A stretch of DNA of 64,000 nt, taken from the IMG/VR virus record IMGVR_UViG_3300024259_002152, positions 186,001-250,000 of that record. One strand, written 5' to 3'. The notes beneath the pieces were generated by a model. It had not been told where the DNA came from, ran no database searches, and worked only from the letters and a program-made list of their open reading frames with translations. Shown piece by piece: positions 62,538-64,000 of the stretch (the first letter of the stretch is position 1; every line of letters starts with the position of its first letter). Made by a program: the position numbers and the translations under genes.

Positions 62538-62947
62538 ATTGATACAGATTTTAAAGTTGCAAAAGTTAAAGCTCTTGAGAGATCTTTTGTTTGTATTTCA
62601 TCTTTGATAAGATAGTCTTTGATACCTAGTAGCCATGCTTTTCTACCAACGGAGTAATCTTCTAATCCTGTTAAGACAATAACTGGTGTGTTCTGGTTGT
62701 GTTTTTCTAGGTGCTCTAATGTAGTTTCTACTGTTTCTATCCCATCTGTTTCGGGCAATCCTAAGTCAAGGATGATAGCATCGAAAGTAGTCGAGGCCAT
62801 TTTTTTAAGTCCATCTTGTAGGCAATTTGATTCATCACAAACCATTACTCTTCCGTTCATTTGTTTAAGATGATTAATGATTAGATCTCTATCTTCTTTA
62901 CTGTCATCTATTATTAATATCTTCATTTTACTCAATGTCCTTTCCAT
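62534..62947 (-). CDS. Stand-alone response regulator receiver domain
   Basis: ILIIDDSKED, ILDLGLPETDG, PVIVLTG, DYLIK. Confidence 0.88.
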   Translation of the reverse strand: MERTLSKMKILIIDDSKEDRDLIINHLKQMNGRVMVCDESNCLQDGLKKMASTTFDAIILDLGLPETDGIETVETTLEHLEKHNQNTPVIVLTGLEDYSVGRKAWLLGIKDYLIKDEIQTKDLSRALTFATLKSVSI

Positions 62948-63398
62948 CTATAAAGCAAAAATTGTTATTATTGGGCAATTCATTTGATTTAAACCAATAC
63001 TTTCCTATAAGACCAACTTTATCATATAACTCTTGAATATCAAAAGTTTTAGTGATATATGAGTTGGCATGTAATTTGTATGTTTCTTCTATGTCAGGAG
63101 GAAAATCAGAAGTGGTGAATATAATAACTGGTATTACTTTATAGGCGTCATCAGTTTTAATAATTTTTAATATTTCTTTGCCATTAATATTTGGTATATT
63201 TATATCTAAAATAATGATATGGGGAGTTGGAGCAGACTCAAAGTTGCCTTTTTTATAGAGAAAATTTAAAGCATCGCTTCCATTACTAATATTTATCACA
63301 TCTAATGAAAGATTTGGGATCTTAGATAGAGCTTGTCTAAGTAGCTCAAAATCGGCTTCATTATCCTCTATAGATAATATTGTAAATCTCTTAGCCAT
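62928..63398 (-). CDS. Stand-alone Rcp1-type response regulator
   Basis: IEDNEAD, ILDINIPNINGKEIL, IPVIIFTTS...DIEETYKLHANSYITK. Confidence 0.92.
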   Translation of the reverse strand: MAKRFTILSIEDNEADFELLRQALSKIPNLSLDVINISNGSDALNFLYKKGNFESAPTPHIIILDINIPNINGKEILKIIKTDDAYKVIPVIIFTTSDFPPDIEETYKLHANSYITKTFDIQELYDKVGLIGKYWFKSNELPNNNNFCFIDGKDIE

Positions 63399-63473
63399 AT
63401 TTTTAGATTCCTAATTCATATGGGAACGAATACTTATAGATTTCAGTATTTTTACTTGGAATCCTTTTTTTAT

Positions 63474-63501
63474 TTGAAAGTGAAAATAAGTTGATTATAA
63501 T
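63474..63501 (+). promoter_or_regulatory. Sigma70-type promoter, motif copy 6
   Basis: TTGAAA-GTGAAAATAAGTTGAT-TATAAT. Confidence 0.75.
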
Positions 63502-63539
63502 GTGAAAATGAATAAAACTTATAGATATAAGGAGAAAAT

Positions 63540-64000
63540 ATGAATAAAGGTAATATTCCTGTGATAAATATTAGTGGAAAAACCATCCCTGAGGCTTGGG
63601 AAAAGGCTGTTTTGGCTGTTTGGGAGAGTGGTTCGAAAGTGAAAACCCAATATGATAAACCAGAAGATCCCCCAAGTTGTGACGCTACGGTTATTGTGAC
63701 AGTGGAGAATCCTTTTGCTGAGCCAAGAATTCATAAGAATTTTCCTGGGGGCCCAGAGGAGTTAGAATCTTATAGACAAGAGGTTGTAGAGGGCATACAT
63801 GATCATTGGATTAATCCTGAGGAGAAAAAATGGACTTATACATATCATGAGAGATTATTTAGATATACTCCTTGTGAAGATTTAAGTAAATCTGATTCTC
63901 CTCGTCCTTTTATACCTATTGACCAGATACAATATATCATAGATTATATGGCTAAATCAGGCTATACAAGACGAGCACAAGCCATTACGTGGCAGCCTAC
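63540..64000 (+). CDS. thyA: Thymidylate synthase family protein (5' part; runs off the window; not in ORF track)
   Basis: Hand translation MNKGNIPVINISGKTIPEAWEKAV...WTYTYHERLF...IDQIQYII...TRRAQAITWQP; AAGGAG SD. Confidence 0.8.
   Translation, partial: MNKGNIPVINISGKTIPEAWEKAVLAVWESGSKVKTQYDKPEDPPSCDATVIVTVENPFAEPRIHKNFPGGPEELESYRQEVVEGIHDHWINPEEKKWTYTYHERLFRYTPCEDLSKSDSPRPFIPIDQIQYIIDYMAKSGYTRRAQAITWQP

Noticed and set aside
257-62873. The many 60-125-aa ORFs antisense to or nested in longer genes (e.g. 257-538, 9801-10076, 18169-18540, 33722-34075, 57714-58064, 59604-60023)
   Set aside because: They fully overlap well-supported genes, lack SD sequences and motifs, and have shadow-like composition (Ile/Phe/Ser-rich).
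63519-63734. Minus-strand 71-aa ORF from the track
   Set aside because: Shadow of the + strand thymidylate synthase gene, which has an SD, a promoter and family motifs.
1-64000. Stop-codon reassignment (TAG or TGA read-through code)
   Set aside because: Recognisable genes are full length in code 11, and TAG/TGA end conserved proteins at expected positions (e.g. rmlC, dnaX and sigma with TAG; topA and vWA with TGA).
1-64000. Borg-like archaeal element or eukaryotic giant virus (suggested by low GC, amino-acid tandem repeats and glycan genes)
   Set aside because: A sigma factor, bacterial DnaX/DnaN, class II CCA, AGGAG SD sequences and -35/-10 promoters all point to a bacterial host system.
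1-64000. tRNA, rRNA, intron or intein
   Set aside because: No T-loop (GTTCRA) cloverleaf was seen in the short intergenic gaps, and TopA, DnaX and the TS fragment have normal lengths without insertions. This is a visual check only; tRNAscan-SE or Infernal would be decisive.

Overview
AT-rich, gene-dense and almost entirely + strand window that looks most like part of a very large bacteriophage or another large bacterial extrachromosomal element, rather than a cellular chromosome. No capsid, portal or large-terminase gene is recognisable here, so this is an inference. All motif matches and counts were made by eye or hand; no search was run. Layout: (1) 0.1-25.4 kb is a nucleotide-sugar biosynthesis and modification cluster (NeuC, NeuA-like, KdsB, RfaE2-like, Gmd-like, RmlC, two split ThDP enzymes, three SDR paralogues lacking the catalytic Tyr, two B12 radical-SAM proteins, methyltransferases, three DUF115/Maf-like proteins, two short UDP-sugar dehydrogenases) with no recognisable flippase, polymerase or ABC exporter. 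(2) 25.6-49.4 kb holds a histone-H1-like (AVKKK)n protein, a nucleotidyltransferase, TopA, a run of small phage-type ORFs, DnaX / SigH-like sigma / DnaN-like / HolA-like genes, a RuvC-like resolvase and a fused CCA-adding enzyme. (3) 49.4-57.0 kb holds two proteases, then three paralogous Cys-rich proteins, two with >100-residue poly-Ser tracts, flanking a glycosyltransferase with the motif set of eukaryotic polypeptide GalNAc-transferases; this is a candidate mucin-like O-glycosylation cassette and the top finding. (4) 57.4-64 kb holds a Cache/PAS histidine kinase, a vWA operon with (TTTAG)n leaders, two stand-alone receiver domains and a thymidylate synthase running off the end (absent from the ORF track). 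Non-coding signals include six copies of a TTGAAA-(A)GTGAAA-...-TATAAT promoter motif, RBS-occluding hairpins containing a TCGATWTAWA motif before the sigma and resolvase genes, and terminator-like hairpins with UUAG loops. No tRNA, rRNA, CRISPR array or transposase was seen.
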